64,000 bases of DNA from Desulfosudaceae bacterium (GCA_963674745.2 CAXXDV010000001.1:832001-896000), one strand, 5' to 3'. Positions 10,391-20,215 are shown, numbered from the stretch's first letter. The notes: generated by a model not told the origin, from the letters alone. Made by a program: numbers and translations.

Positions 10391-11440
10391 TCACACGATG
10401 AGCATGGCATCGCCATAGCTGTAAAACCGGTATTCTTCAGCAATCGCTTCCCGGTAGGCGGCCAGCAGTTTTTCCCGGCCGCAAAAGGCCGACACCAGCA
10501 TCAGCAAAGTTGACCGGGGAAGATGGAAATTGGTGACCATGGCGTCCACGATGCCGAAAGAAAAGCCCGGGTATATGAACAGATCGCAATCCCCTTTTGT
10601 CGCGGTCACCGAACCCGTTGTTTTGTGAAGATATTCCAGCACCCGCACGACGGTCGTCCCTACGGCCACGACCCGGCCGCCGGCTGACCCGGCCCGGCTC
10701 ACGGCTAGGGCCGTATCCTGAGAAACCGAAAAACGCTCCCGGTGCATTTGATGCTGCCGGATATCCTGGACACGCACCGGCATGAACGTTCCGTAACCGA
10801 CGTGCAGCGTCAGGGGAACGACGGTCACACCAGCAGCCTTAATTTTATTTATCAGCTCGTCTGTAAAATGCAACCCCGCGGTGGGCGCGGCCACGGCCCC
10901 TTTCTCAGCGGCGTAAACGGTCTGGTAACAGGTGTGGTCATCACAAGGCGCCGGCTTATCGTTTCTGTGGATATAAGGGGGCAAGGGCACCCGGCCTTTT
11001 TCTCTCAAAAAATCGTCGACCTCAAAATCAGAACTGAAACGGATCCGGTACTGACCGGCCTCTCCGGACAGAACTTCCGCCGCCCAGACATCTTCAAACA
11101 CCAGCCGCATACCCGGCAGCAACCGCTTTGAGGACTTGACCAGGCAACGGCATACCGTTCCGTCAACCGTTTTTTCACCCGGATAATCGAGTATCAGGGC
11201 CTCGACAACGCCACCGGTTTCTTTTTTTCCCATGATCCGGGCCGGCACCACTTCGGTGTTGTTGACGACCATTACATCCCCCGGCGACAGGAAATCACAC
11301 AGGGCTGAAAAGCCGTGATGCGATATCCGGCCGGTGCGACGATCCAGCCGCAACAACCGGCTGGCGTCCTTCTGACGGGCCGGGACCTGGGCCACCAGGC
11401 GCTGGGGCAGGTCATAGTCGTAGTCGTCAATGGAAAACAT
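10391..11440 (-). CDS. queA: S-adenosylmethionine:tRNA ribosyltransferase-isomerase
   Basis: DYDYDLP, PLPPYI, AAPTAGLHFT, TNFHLPRSTL, YRFYSYGDAM. Confidence 0.97.
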   Translation of the reverse strand: MFSIDDYDYDLPQRLVAQVPARQKDASRLLRLDRRTGRISHHGFSALCDFLSPGDVMVVNNTEVVPARIMGKKETGGVVEALILDYPGEKTVDGTVCRCLVKSSKRLLPGMRLVFEDVWAAEVLSGEAGQYRIRFSSDFEVDDFLREKGRVPLPPYIHRNDKPAPCDDHTCYQTVYAAEKGAVAAPTAGLHFTDELINKIKAAGVTVVPLTLHVGYGTFMPVRVQDIRQHQMHRERFSVSQDTALAVSRAGSAGGRVVAVGTTVVRVLEYLHKTTGSVTATKGDCDLFIYPGFSFGIVDAMVTNFHLPRSTLLMLVSAFCGREKLLAAYREAIAEEYRFYSYGDAMLIV

Positions 11441-11465
11441 AATGAAAACAATCAGATTATTCGGA

Positions 11466-11651
11466 TCAGCAATTTCCGAAATACACCAGGCAAAGGCCGA
11501 GCACCATCAAGACCAGCCCGAAGCCTCTTAATAAGGACGGGTTCATATCCATCATTTGCGCCATCCAGACCTTGACTTTTTCCGGAAAGGCAAAGTACGG
11601 CAACCCTTCAATGATCATTACCATACCGATAACACATAAAAAAAACTTCAT
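11466..11651 (-). CDS. DUF2065 family small membrane protein
   Basis: IGMVMIIEGLPYFAFP...LRGFGL pattern, 61 aa. Confidence 0.8.
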   Translation of the reverse strand: MKFFLCVIGMVMIIEGLPYFAFPEKVKVWMAQMMDMNPSLLRGFGLVLMVLGLCLVYFGNC

Positions 11652-11730
11652 TTTATATCCTGTTTGATCTGTTGCCGCTGCGCTTTTTCAGCCCGGACAC
11701 GGCTCTTCAGCAAACGGCCGTAGGGTTACC

Positions 11731-11760
11731 TTTATATCTTGGATTTCGGGTTTTTGTCAA
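11731..11760 (-). promoter_or_regulatory. Sigma70 promoter TTGACA-18-TATAAA for DUF2065-queA-tgt-nifU
   Basis: Reverse complement of 11731-11760. Confidence 0.55.
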
Positions 11761-11933
11761 AAAATAAACCCGCATTCAAAAAAACCAACAGATCTAAGAA
11801 CAACTGCCTAAAAAGCTTGGAGCACAAATACACTAAAATCCATTTATCATGGCACATCATATTGACAAGCATTTTGGTGGATACTGTCGTTATTCTTAAT
11901 CGGCCCTCGTGCCTAATGCTTTGATGCTTTTTC

Positions 11934-11967
11934 TTGACACAAGAAAGACGCATTGGTACAATTGTAC
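11934..11967 (+). promoter_or_regulatory. Sigma70 promoter TTGACA-17-TACAAT overlapped by the perfect palindrome GTACAATTGTAC (likely TA operator)
   Basis: -35 at 11934-11939, -10 at 11957-11962, palindrome at 11956-11967. Confidence 0.75.
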
Positions 11968-11969
11968 TT

Positions 11970-12359
11970 ATGAAATTGATAGCAGACACAAACACTTTTA
12001 TTGCTGTGGCGCTCAATGAGCCGGAACGGGATGACATTATTAAACTGTCGAAAGGCTGCGACCTGATTGCCCCGGAAGTGCTGCCTTTTGAACTTGGTAA
12101 TGCCTTGACGGCAATGCTTAAAAAAGGAGTTCTGACGGCAGATGAAGTCACCGCGTCATGGGAAGCTGTTGGGCGCATACCGGTCGATTTGCGTCATATT
12201 GATATTGCGTCTGCCTTAAAAATTTCAACGACATTTAACATATATGCCTATGACGCCTATTTTTTAGAATGTGCGGTATGTCTGAAAAGTCCATTGATTA
12301 CGCTGGATACAGGCATGCAGCGAGTCGCTCGCCAGATAGGCATTCAGGTTCTGGAGTAA
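11970..12359 (+). CDS. vapC: VapC-like PIN-domain toxin
   Basis: MKLIADTN, PFELGNAL, IYAYDAYFLECA, LITLD: the conserved acidic PIN residues. ATG 11970 is preferred because the TTG at 11934 is the -35 box. Confidence 0.88.
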   Translation: MKLIADTNTFIAVALNEPERDDIIKLSKGCDLIAPEVLPFELGNALTAMLKKGVLTADEVTASWEAVGRIPVDLRHIDIASALKISTTFNIYAYDAYFLECAVCLKSPLITLDTGMQRVARQIGIQVLE

Positions 12360-12363
12360 CAAT

Positions 12364-12582
12364 ATGAAGGTATATAACTATTCAGAGGCCAGAAAGCGAC
12401 TGGCAGATGTACTCAACATCGCCAGAACAGAGGAAGTGATTATTAAAAGGCGGGACGGAGAATCTTTTTCAGTTATGTTGAAGAAAACCTCGAAATCACC
12501 ATTTGATGTCCAGGGCATTAAAACCCGGGCCACCACGAAAGATATTCTTGACGCCATCAAAGATTCACGATCACGCGGATAG
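12364..12582 (+). CDS. Phd/YefM-family antitoxin
   Basis: MKVYNYSEARKRLADVLNIARTEEVIIKRRDG is a Phd-type N-terminus; starts 4 nt after the toxin. Confidence 0.85.
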   Translation: MKVYNYSEARKRLADVLNIARTEEVIIKRRDGESFSVMLKKTSKSPFDVQGIKTRATTKDILDAIKDSRSRG

Positions 12583-12782
12583 CTCACGCCTTTACCCGAT
12601 AGCCACGACCCGATTCCAACGTTCTGACTTCCGGTGGGAAAACCGGCACCAGGACAATCTCCTGGAAAGCGCGGGACACAATGCCCGCAAAAGTGAGCAC
12701 CAATTTCGAATCAAAGCACCTCGACCAGCAGCGTTTCAAAATTCGGCAGCAGGGCTCAAGGGCCAGCAGGCGCCATCATGCG

Positions 12783-15335
12783 CTAGTCGTGTTTTTCCGT
12801 TTCGTGGCCGGGCGTGTCCAGCCCTGCGCTGCGGGCGTCATCGGCCAGGCTGTCGGCAATGGTCGTGAGCCGGGCGGCCTTGCGGCCGGCTTGAACGGCA
12901 TGGTTTTTGGCGTCGATGATATCTTTGTCCAACTGCTGGATGACATCGGTTGGCTTGCCGGATTCCACGGCCTTTCGCCGGGCATGAATTTTTTCTTCCA
13001 CTTCGATGGATGCGTCTTCCGCGGCCTTTTCCGCTGCATGAGCCTTTTTCCGGGCATCGGCCAGGTGGTCCAGGAGCGCGGCCGCATCGCCGGCCGCTCC
13101 GGCTTCAGGCCCGGCGGACAGGTCAATGTCATTTGCCGCCAGCACCGCCGCGGTCACGGGCAGCTGCGGCAGAAGGTCCGCCAGCGGACCGCCGAAGATG
13201 TCCAGGGGCTGGTCCTGCCGCAACCGGAAGGGCAGCAGGACCAGGGTGGTGTTTTTGGAATAGGCCGCAACGGTTTCCGTATTTGCGCAGGCCAGGACCT
13301 CGGGTTCGGCCTCGATGCGGATATCCGCCAGGGTTTCGTGCAGATCGGCCACGGTCCGGCCGGTGGCAAGAGCATCTTCGCACACGTCCAGGACGCGGAT
13401 TTTCGCCCCTTCCCAGGCCCGGTTCTGCCGAATCATGTGGGCCAGCAGCATCATCAGGCGGCTGGTGGCGTCGCCGTGCCACCATACGTCTATACGACGC
13501 TTGTTGCCCGGGGTTTGCGTGAGGGCATCCCAGGCCGATGAATCAGCGGAAAGCAGCAACAGGTTGCATCCCTGCCGGAATCCGGTGCGCAGGTAAAGCC
13601 CGAACCGCCGGGTGCGATGCGCGGAGCGGGGCATGGCGTCGGGGTGGAGCCAGTTGGCCATGATGGTGTTGGCTTTCAGCGGGCCGATGCCGTAAGCCTG
13701 GACCAGGGTATGAATGGCCAGCCGGATATCCGGGCCGGTGACCACCAGGGGAAAGGCGTCCACGCCAAGGTCCTGAATGTCCTTCTGCAGTTCAGCGCGG
13801 ACGGCTTCTCGTTCCTTGCGGACTTTGGCGCCTTCGCCCTGGAGAATCCTGACCAGGGTGGCGAACCCGCTGTCGCCCTGAATCCAGCCGGCCATCTGCA
13901 GCAGGGGGATTCTCCGGTTCAGGTCATCGGAAAAAATCAGCAGGGCCGGCCGCCAGTCCCTCGGATGTTCGGGGGCTTCAGCGACCTCCAGCAGATGATT
14001 GCGGATTTGCTGAAACCGGTAGGAACGGCGGCTGTCCGCCCAGCGGGCCGGCCCGGCGGTGCGCTTAAGATACTGGTAAATGGCAAACAAAAAAGCAAGG
14101 GCCACGATGCCCGCCACAATGTCGATGGCCAGCATGACGCCCAGGCAGGCCAGTCCGCCGGCCAGACTCAGGCGTTTGTCGTAAAACCGGAAGGTGGGGC
14201 GGAACGAAGGGCTGGCGGACCGGGCCTCGAAATAGGTGGCGTAGTTGAGCAGGCCGTAGGAGATCAGGAAAAACATGGACACCACCGGCGCCACCAGGTT
14301 GAGGTTGCCAAGTGCGATGGTGATAAGCGCAATCGCACCGGAAAGCAGGACGCCCCGCCGGGGGTTTTGGGCCGGTCCCGCTCCCCTGGCAAAAGGCAGC
14401 AGCAGGGGGAATATCCGGTCCGCGGCCAGGGATTGAAGGATGCGCGGCGCGCCCATGAAAGACGCCATGCCCGATGACAGGGTGGCGGAAATCACACCGG
14501 CCAGCACCAGGGCATCTATCGCCGCCACCCGTTTCATGGCGTTGTAATCCGTGGCCAGGATGTCGCCGGGCAGGGCCGCAGCAAATATTACCGCGGACAG
14601 GAAATAGATGACAAGGGATACCCCGACAGCCGCGAATGTTCCGTTGGGAAGGCTTTTGCCCGGATCTTTCAGGTCACCGGACATGCTCACGCCCTGGGTA
14701 AACCCGGTCACCGCGGGAAAAAAGATGGCGAAAATCAGCCAGAACGGCGGGGCGTCGGCAGGCGCAGCCAGGTTCGCCACGAGGGTGGCTGTGTCCCAGC
14801 GCAGAAATCCGCCGATAAAAAAAGATATAATGGCTGCTGTCAGAATGGTCATAACCCCGAACTGAAAACGGACGGCCCAGTCCGCACCCAGCCAGGCAAA
14901 AACGAAAAGCAGCAGCACGGCCCCTGCGGCAATGATCTGGGGAAGCCCCTTCATGGTAAAGGGCACCAGCACGGCCAGGACCTCGCCGAAACCGATGCTG
15001 TAAAACGCAATGGACACCGACTGGGCCAGAAACAGCACGATGCCGATAGCGCCACCGAACTCCAGCCCCAGTGTCCTTGAAATCAGGTAATAATCCCCCC
15101 CGCCCTTGACCTTCAGGTTGGTGGCAACGGCGGCCAGAGAGACCGACGTGAGCACGGAAATCAGGTTGGCCAGGCCGATGATCAGCAGGGCCTGTCCCAG
15201 CCCGGCACTGCCGACGACGTAGCCCAGCCGAAGAAACAGAATAATCCCGAGGATGGTCAGAATGCTCGGCGTAAATACGCCTGAGAAGGTGCCCAGGGTA
15301 CCCCCGGACGGGGTGGTGACAGGGGGGTCATTCAT
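12783..15335 (-). CDS. APC-superfamily SLC12 (cation-chloride cotransporter-like) permease with C-terminal cytoplasmic domain
   Basis: GVFTPSILTILGIILFLRL, GGGDYYLISRTLGLEFGGAIG, IFFPAVTG, SGDLKDP, HPRDWRP; about 12 TM segments. Confidence 0.85.
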   Translation of the reverse strand: MNDPPVTTPSGGTLGTFSGVFTPSILTILGIILFLRLGYVVGSAGLGQALLIIGLANLISVLTSVSLAAVATNLKVKGGGDYYLISRTLGLEFGGAIGIVLFLAQSVSIAFYSIGFGEVLAVLVPFTMKGLPQIIAAGAVLLLFVFAWLGADWAVRFQFGVMTILTAAIISFFIGGFLRWDTATLVANLAAPADAPPFWLIFAIFFPAVTGFTQGVSMSGDLKDPGKSLPNGTFAAVGVSLVIYFLSAVIFAAALPGDILATDYNAMKRVAAIDALVLAGVISATLSSGMASFMGAPRILQSLAADRIFPLLLPFARGAGPAQNPRRGVLLSGAIALITIALGNLNLVAPVVSMFFLISYGLLNYATYFEARSASPSFRPTFRFYDKRLSLAGGLACLGVMLAIDIVAGIVALAFLFAIYQYLKRTAGPARWADSRRSYRFQQIRNHLLEVAEAPEHPRDWRPALLIFSDDLNRRIPLLQMAGWIQGDSGFATLVRILQGEGAKVRKEREAVRAELQKDIQDLGVDAFPLVVTGPDIRLAIHTLVQAYGIGPLKANTIMANWLHPDAMPRSAHRTRRFGLYLRTGFRQGCNLLLLSADSSAWDALTQTPGNKRRIDVWWHGDATSRLMMLLAHMIRQNRAWEGAKIRVLDVCEDALATGRTVADLHETLADIRIEAEPEVLACANTETVAAYSKNTTLVLLPFRLRQDQPLDIFGGPLADLLPQLPVTAAVLAANDIDLSAGPEAGAAGDAAALLDHLADARKKAHAAEKAAEDASIEVEEKIHARRKAVESGKPTDVIQQLDKDIIDAKNHAVQAGRKAARLTTIADSLADDARSAGLDTPGHETEKHD

Positions 15336-15388
15336 TTTTTGTTTGTTTTATGATGTTTCGTTAATAATTTTGTTACATTATATCCATC

Positions 15389-15649
15389 TTGGCGAAATCA
15401 CTTGCCGGAGGGGCTTGCCGCTTTGAACTGGAAAACACCCTTCACCAAACGATCGACCTTGTCAACGCCAGGCTGGTTTCAACGGTACTGTAAAAGGAGA
15501 TCTTTTACGGCGATCTTGTCTACTGCTCGGATCGTCATGCCGTAGATGAATTCGAAATGCTGACCCTGTCCTATTACCAGAAATTAAATCGGGAACGCGC
15601 TACCATTCTCGACGAGTTTCACAAAACAGGCAGGGCCTATTCCGTATGA
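15389..15649 (+). pseudogene. 5'-truncated MNT (MntA-type nucleotidyltransferase antitoxin) remnant with internal stop
   Basis: Hand translation: ...FELENTLHQTIDLVNARLVSTVL*KEIFYGDLVYCSDRHAVDEFEMLTLSYYQKLNRERATILDEFHKTGRAYSV*. Internal TAA at 15491-15493. Confidence 0.7.
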
Positions 15650-15666
15650 ACGATATCGTCATTAAC
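15646..15666 (+). pseudogene. First codons (MNDIVIN) of a deleted HEPN/DUF86 toxin
   Basis: ATGA overlap with the MNT stop; resemblance ends after about 7 codons. Confidence 0.45.
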
Positions 15667-15676
15667 CGGCCTTTTA

Positions 15677-16465
15677 TTAATCTCCGTCGAGCAATCTTCC
15701 TATGCCGCCAAGAACGGAACCTTCGCCTTTATCGCTACCACCCATCTTTGGTGCATGCTGAATAACCCTGTCAGCCAATCTTGAAAATGGAAGGCTTTGT
15801 AAATATACCGTTCCTGAGCCCGAAAGCGTAGCCAGAAACAGACCTTCGCCACCAAAGAACATTGATTTCAGATTTCCGGCCCGTTGAATATCATAGTTGA
15901 TACCCGGGGAGAAGCCGACAATACAACCGGTATCAATACGCATCGTCTCATTATTCAACTCTTTTTTAACAATGGTGCCGCCAGCATGAACAAACGCCAT
16001 GCCGTCACCGATCAGGCGTTGAAGAATAAATCCTTCACCGCCGAAAAAGCCTGCGCCCAATTTCTGATTAAAGGCGATACTTACCTTGGTGCCCAATGCC
16101 GCACACAAGAAAGCATCTTTCTGACAAATCAGGTCGCCCCCAAAAGCAGCCATGTCAATCGGAATAATTTTCCCTGGATAGGGTGCGGAAAAGGCAACCC
16201 GTTTCTTTCCCTGCCCGCCATTAGTGAAATGCGTGATAAAAACAGACTCACCGGTGAGCGCCCGCTTTCCGGCGCTGAAAAGCTTGCCCATAAAGCCCTT
16301 TTCAGGTTCGGAACCATCTCCCATCTTGGCTTCAAATTCAATTCCGTCTTCCATCCAGTTCATGGCGCCGGCTTCAGCAATAACCGTTTCACCCGGATCA
16401 AGTTCAACTTCCACTACCTGCATATCATCGCCAAAGATTTCATAATCAACTTCATGACATTTCAT
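15677..16465 (-). CDS. TIGR00266 / AIM24-family protein
   Basis: [57 protein letters not shown]. Real start is ATG 16465 after GGAGG (16471-16475). Confidence 0.88.
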   Translation of the reverse strand: MKCHEVDYEIFGDDMQVVEVELDPGETVIAEAGAMNWMEDGIEFEAKMGDGSEPEKGFMGKLFSAGKRALTGESVFITHFTNGGQGKKRVAFSAPYPGKIIPIDMAAFGGDLICQKDAFLCAALGTKVSIAFNQKLGAGFFGGEGFILQRLIGDGMAFVHAGGTIVKKELNNETMRIDTGCIVGFSPGINYDIQRAGNLKSMFFGGEGLFLATLSGSGTVYLQSLPFSRLADRVIQHAPKMGGSDKGEGSVLGGIGRLLDGD

Positions 16466-16546
16466 AGGAGCCTCCTGACAGTGTTGTTGGTAATAAAACA
16501 CATTATGCAATTCAAACCATCCGCACAACATAAAAGTATTATCAAC

Positions 16547-16696
16547 ATCATCCGGAAGTGTAAACACCATGCGCAACCGGCCTTCCTGGTCCTTTTCCAG
16601 GCATTCCGCCAGTTTTTCCTTGACAACAGCCGTTAAGCCGTCGCCTTTTTCGTCCACCACCCGGTACCGGTTATAAAAACGGAAGGCTGGCCCCAG
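16547..16696 (-). pseudogene. Possible remnant of the C-terminal tail of a SWIM/SNF2-type helicase
   Basis: LGPAFRF...[25 protein letters not shown] resembles, from memory, deltaproteobacterial SNF2 helicase C-termini. It lies upstream of the AIM24 RBS. Confidence 0.35.
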
Positions 16697-16914
16697 GCGC
16701 CGGTCGTCGATGAACGCCACTACGGAAAACAGAACTTCGATAATTCCATGAATAAACGGATTGATCAACCATCATGACACCCTCTTAACGGCTCCGGAAC
16801 CACCCTTAAAAAGGCCCCAAAAAGATCTTGACTATTGACCGGCCCTGATAGAGCATAACAGCCATGAAAGACCTGCGTAACCATTATAAACATTAACAAA
16901 ACAAGGTTTGAAAA

Positions 16915-18348
16915 ATGGACTTTGAACCGGTTATCGGGCTGGAAGTGCACGCCCAGCTCAAGACCGACACAAAAATATTCTGCAGTTGTTCCACCACTTT
17001 CGGCGCCGCGCCCAACTCCCATACCTGTCCGGTGTGTACCGGCATGCCGGGATCTTTGCCGGTATTGAACAAAAAGGCGGTCAGCTTTGCCCTGAAGATG
17101 GCGGCTGCCACCGATTGTGTGATTGCCGGTGTCAGCCGGTTTGCCCGGAAAAACTATTTTTACCCCGACCTGCCCAAAGGGTATCAGATATCCCAGTACG
17201 AACTGCCGCTGGCGGAACACGGCCGGGTGGTTATCGACACGCCCGATGGTGAAAAAGAGATCCGGTTGACCCGGATTCATATGGAAGAGGACGCCGGCAA
17301 ACTGATCCATGACGATGGCAGGGGGGTGTCTTACGTGGATTTAAACCGGACCGGCACCCCCCTGATCGAAATTGTCAGTGAACCGGACCTGCGCACCCCG
17401 GAAGAGGCGGGCGCATATTTGAAGGCCTTGAGATTGATTCTCCGTTACCTGGACATTTCCGACGGCAATATGGAAGAAGGCAGTTTCCGCTGTGATGCCA
17501 ATGTGTCTGTCCGGCCAAAAGGGGAAACGACACTGGGCACCCGCACGGAACTGAAAAACCTGAACTCCTTCAAGCATGTCGAACAGGCGATTGCCTACGA
17601 AATCAAACGGCATATCAATGTTATCCGGGAGAACGGACAGGTGGTGCAGGAAACCCGTCTCTGGGATGCCGCTAAAATGATCTCCCAGTCCATGAGAGGT
17701 AAAGAAGAAGCTCATGATTACCGGTATTTTCCCGACCCCGACCTGGTCCCGCTGGCCGTGGACGACGCCTGGGCCAAAACCGTCAAGGACAACCTGCCCG
17801 AACTTCCCCGGGAAAAACGCCGACGCTTCATGACCGATTACAACCTGTCCGAGGCTGACGCTGAAGTACTGACATCTTCCCTTGCCCTGGCCGACTATTT
17901 TGAAGCCTGTGCGTCAGAGGCGAAAAACGCCAAACAGGCCGCCAACTGGGTAATGGGAGACATGCTGGGCCTGCTCAACGCCCGAAGCCTGAGCATTGAA
18001 AATCCGCCGATTGAAGCGGCTCAACTGGGGACCCTGGTCCGACTTATCCAGGAAGGGGTCATCAGCGGCAAAATCGCCAAAACCGTGTTTGAAAAAATGG
18101 CGGATACCGGCCATACGCCTGAAGCCATCATCAAAAAAGAAGGCTTGGTGCAGATGACCGACATGGACGAACTTTCGGCCGTGGTGGAATCGGTCATGGC
18201 GGAAAATCCGGGCGAAGTGGAGAAATACAGAAGCGGCAAGACCAAGGTGATCGGGTTTCTGGTCGGCCAGGTCATGAAAAAAACCGGGGGCAAGGCCAAT
18301 CCCCAGGCGGTCAACGCCCTGCTGGCCGAAAAGCTGACCGAAAAATAA
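16915..18348 (+). CDS. gatB: Asp-tRNA(Asn)/Glu-tRNA(Gln) amidotransferase subunit B
   Basis: [60 protein letters not shown]. Confidence 0.98.
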   Translation: MDFEPVIGLEVHAQLKTDTKIFCSCSTTFGAAPNSHTCPVCTGMPGSLPVLNKKAVSFALKMAAATDCVIAGVSRFARKNYFYPDLPKGYQISQYELPLAEHGRVVIDTPDGEKEIRLTRIHMEEDAGKLIHDDGRGVSYVDLNRTGTPLIEIVSEPDLRTPEEAGAYLKALRLILRYLDISDGNMEEGSFRCDANVSVRPKGETTLGTRTELKNLNSFKHVEQAIAYEIKRHINVIRENGQVVQETRLWDAAKMISQSMRGKEEAHDYRYFPDPDLVPLAVDDAWAKTVKDNLPELPREKRRRFMTDYNLSEADAEVLTSSLALADYFEACASEAKNAKQAANWVMGDMLGLLNARSLSIENPPIEAAQLGTLVRLIQEGVISGKIAKTVFEKMADTGHTPEAIIKKEGLVQMTDMDELSAVVESVMAENPGEVEKYRSGKTKVIGFLVGQVMKKTGGKANPQAVNALLAEKLTEK

Positions 18349-18362
18349 TCACAGGGTGACCC

Positions 18363-19919
18363 ATGTTTACCAAAACAATACGACTGTTGATCCTGGTGCT
18401 GCCGGCATGCTGTTTGTTGACATGCCCGATCGGCGCGCAGCACCCCGCGACACTGGCCATTATGCCACTGGCGGTTTACGCTGAACAGGACATGACCTAC
18501 CTTGCCAACGGCGCTACGGAAATGCTGGCGTCCCGCATTGCAGCCGGTTCCGGCATCGTCGTCATGGATACCGGTATGGTGAAGACCGCCCTTGCCGAAG
18601 CCGGACAGACACCGGATCAGGCCGCAATCCGGTCCATGGGCCGGTCGCTGAAGGCTGATTACGTCCTCTCCGGCAGCATTACCCGGCTGGGAGACCGGTT
18701 CAGCCTGGATATCACCGTTCTGCCGGTTGACAGGAATACCTCCACCGCCTCTTTTTTCCAACAGGCAGATAATATTGATGGTGTTATCCCGGCTGTCAAT
18801 ATCATAGCGGAAAAAATCAACCGGCAGATATTTGCCGTGGCACCTGAAGAACCGGTAACAAAAGCGGCTTCAGGGGTCCCCGCAATCGTCCCGGTTGCGG
18901 TGGCAAAACCACCAGACAGCAGCAAGGATTTTAAAAAAATCCTGGACCTGCCCGTTGAGGCCCGCGGCCTGGCCGCAGCCGATCTGGACGGCGACGGAAA
19001 AACAGAGATCGTTATCGTCTCTTCCTACGCCATTGACGTCCGGCGCATGGAAAAAGACCGGCTATCCAAAATAGCGGAATATCAGGCCGCCCCGAACCAG
19101 CGGCTTTTGACGGTGGATGCGGTGGATACCGACGCTGACGGGCGGGCGGAAATTTTTGTCACCGGCCTGAAAAACACCTCGCAGCGCCTCTGTTCTTTTG
19201 TGCTCGTGCTTTCCGAAAAAGGCCTTGAAACCGTCTCCCAAAAACTGAACTGGTATTTCCGGTCCCCGACCGCCGGCCTGCTGGCCGGTCAGAAGAAAGG
19301 ATTGTCGGAGCTCTTTTTGCCGCGCATCTGGCGCCTGGAAAAAACCGGTGCGGATTATATAGAGACCGAGCCAATAGCCGTTCCGGATCGGTTTTCTGTT
19401 TTCAGCTTTTGTCCCGGTGACGCGGATAACGATGGCGACACTGACATGGTCGTACTGGACAACGACGACAGACTCCGGCTTTATGACAACGAAAAAGAAC
19501 TGTTATGGAAAAGCAACGCCTATTTCGGCGGCAGTGAAACACGCCTGACCGATAAAAAAAATGCCGCCGACACTGAAAGCTGTGTGTATCTGCCGCAACG
19601 AATTATCGTTTCAGATATCAACCGGGACGGTCGCAACGAGGTGTTGACGGTATCCAATAGCGCCGTGGGCGGAAGGGTGTTTCAACACTTCCGCCGATAT
19701 TCCCGGGCGTCTTTTATCTGTCTTGCCTGGGACGGCCTGGGGTTGTCCGAATTATGGCAGACCAGTCCTGTTTCCGGTTATGTTGCCGATTTTGCCCTGG
19801 CGGACATTGACAATGACGGGGAAAATGAACTGGCCGCCCTGATTGTCAGTTCACGGGATTCGCTTTTATCCAAACCCAAGTCTGCTGTTATCGTCTATGA
19901 TATTAACGGACAGATCTGA
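18363..19919 (+). CDS. Exported protein with TolB-N/CsgG-like N-domain and FG-GAP/VCBS repeats
   Basis: Signal peptide; ADYVLSGSITRLG; five DxDxDG loops (DLDGDG, DTDADG, DADNDG, DINRDG, DIDNDG). Confidence 0.75.
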   Translation: MFTKTIRLLILVLPACCLLTCPIGAQHPATLAIMPLAVYAEQDMTYLANGATEMLASRIAAGSGIVVMDTGMVKTALAEAGQTPDQAAIRSMGRSLKADYVLSGSITRLGDRFSLDITVLPVDRNTSTASFFQQADNIDGVIPAVNIIAEKINRQIFAVAPEEPVTKAASGVPAIVPVAVAKPPDSSKDFKKILDLPVEARGLAAADLDGDGKTEIVIVSSYAIDVRRMEKDRLSKIAEYQAAPNQRLLTVDAVDTDADGRAEIFVTGLKNTSQRLCSFVLVLSEKGLETVSQKLNWYFRSPTAGLLAGQKKGLSELFLPRIWRLEKTGADYIETEPIAVPDRFSVFSFCPGDADNDGDTDMVVLDNDDRLRLYDNEKELLWKSNAYFGGSETRLTDKKNAADTESCVYLPQRIIVSDINRDGRNEVLTVSNSAVGGRVFQHFRRYSRASFICLAWDGLGLSELWQTSPVSGYVADFALADIDNDGENELAALIVSSRDSLLSKPKSAVIVYDINGQI

Positions 19920-19963
19920 AAATTGCCTTTGGGCTTTTTGCAACACTCAGGATGCTGACTCAC

Positions 19964-20074
19964 GTAGGGGCACCCCCCTGTGGGTGCCCTTTACCGGGCA
20001 GGCACGGGGGCCTGCCCCTACATAATACATGAACATCCACCTCGAACCGTAGGGGCAACCCCCTGTGGTTGCCC
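19964..20074. repeat. GTAG-type REP cluster (inverted doublet plus single REP)
   Basis: GTAGGGGCACCCCCCTGTGGGTGCCC at 19964, inverted copy ending CCCCTAC at 20021, GTAGGGGCAACCCCCTGTGGTTGCCC at 20049. Confidence 0.85.
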
Positions 20075-20162
20075 TTTCATCATAAATTTGTTGACTTTAA
20101 CATATGCTTCAGGATATTTTAGCTGGATGTTTTTAGTCCGACAGCAATTTTAAACGCTGTCA

Positions 20163-20212
20163 TACCTTGCTTTGAAATATAATTTTCAAGGCTTTATAAC
20201 CAAAAGGAGGTG
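20163..20212 (+). promoter_or_regulatory. S6:S18 ribosomal protein leader RNA
   Basis: CCTT pairs with AAGG of the SD; inner hairpin GCTTTGAAA...TTTCAAGGC; unpaired CC just before the SD; directly upstream of rpsF. Confidence 0.7.
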
Positions 20213-20215
20213 TAC

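Noticed and set aside
11666..11794. GATCTGTTG...CAACAGATC inverted repeat as a MITE or 6S RNA
   Set aside because: Only 9 bp, the interior does not fold as a rod, and the region is explained by the queA operon promoter.
15677..16768. 363-aa version of the AIM24 ORF
   Set aside because: A strong GGAGG RBS and the family-typical N-terminus point to ATG 16465.
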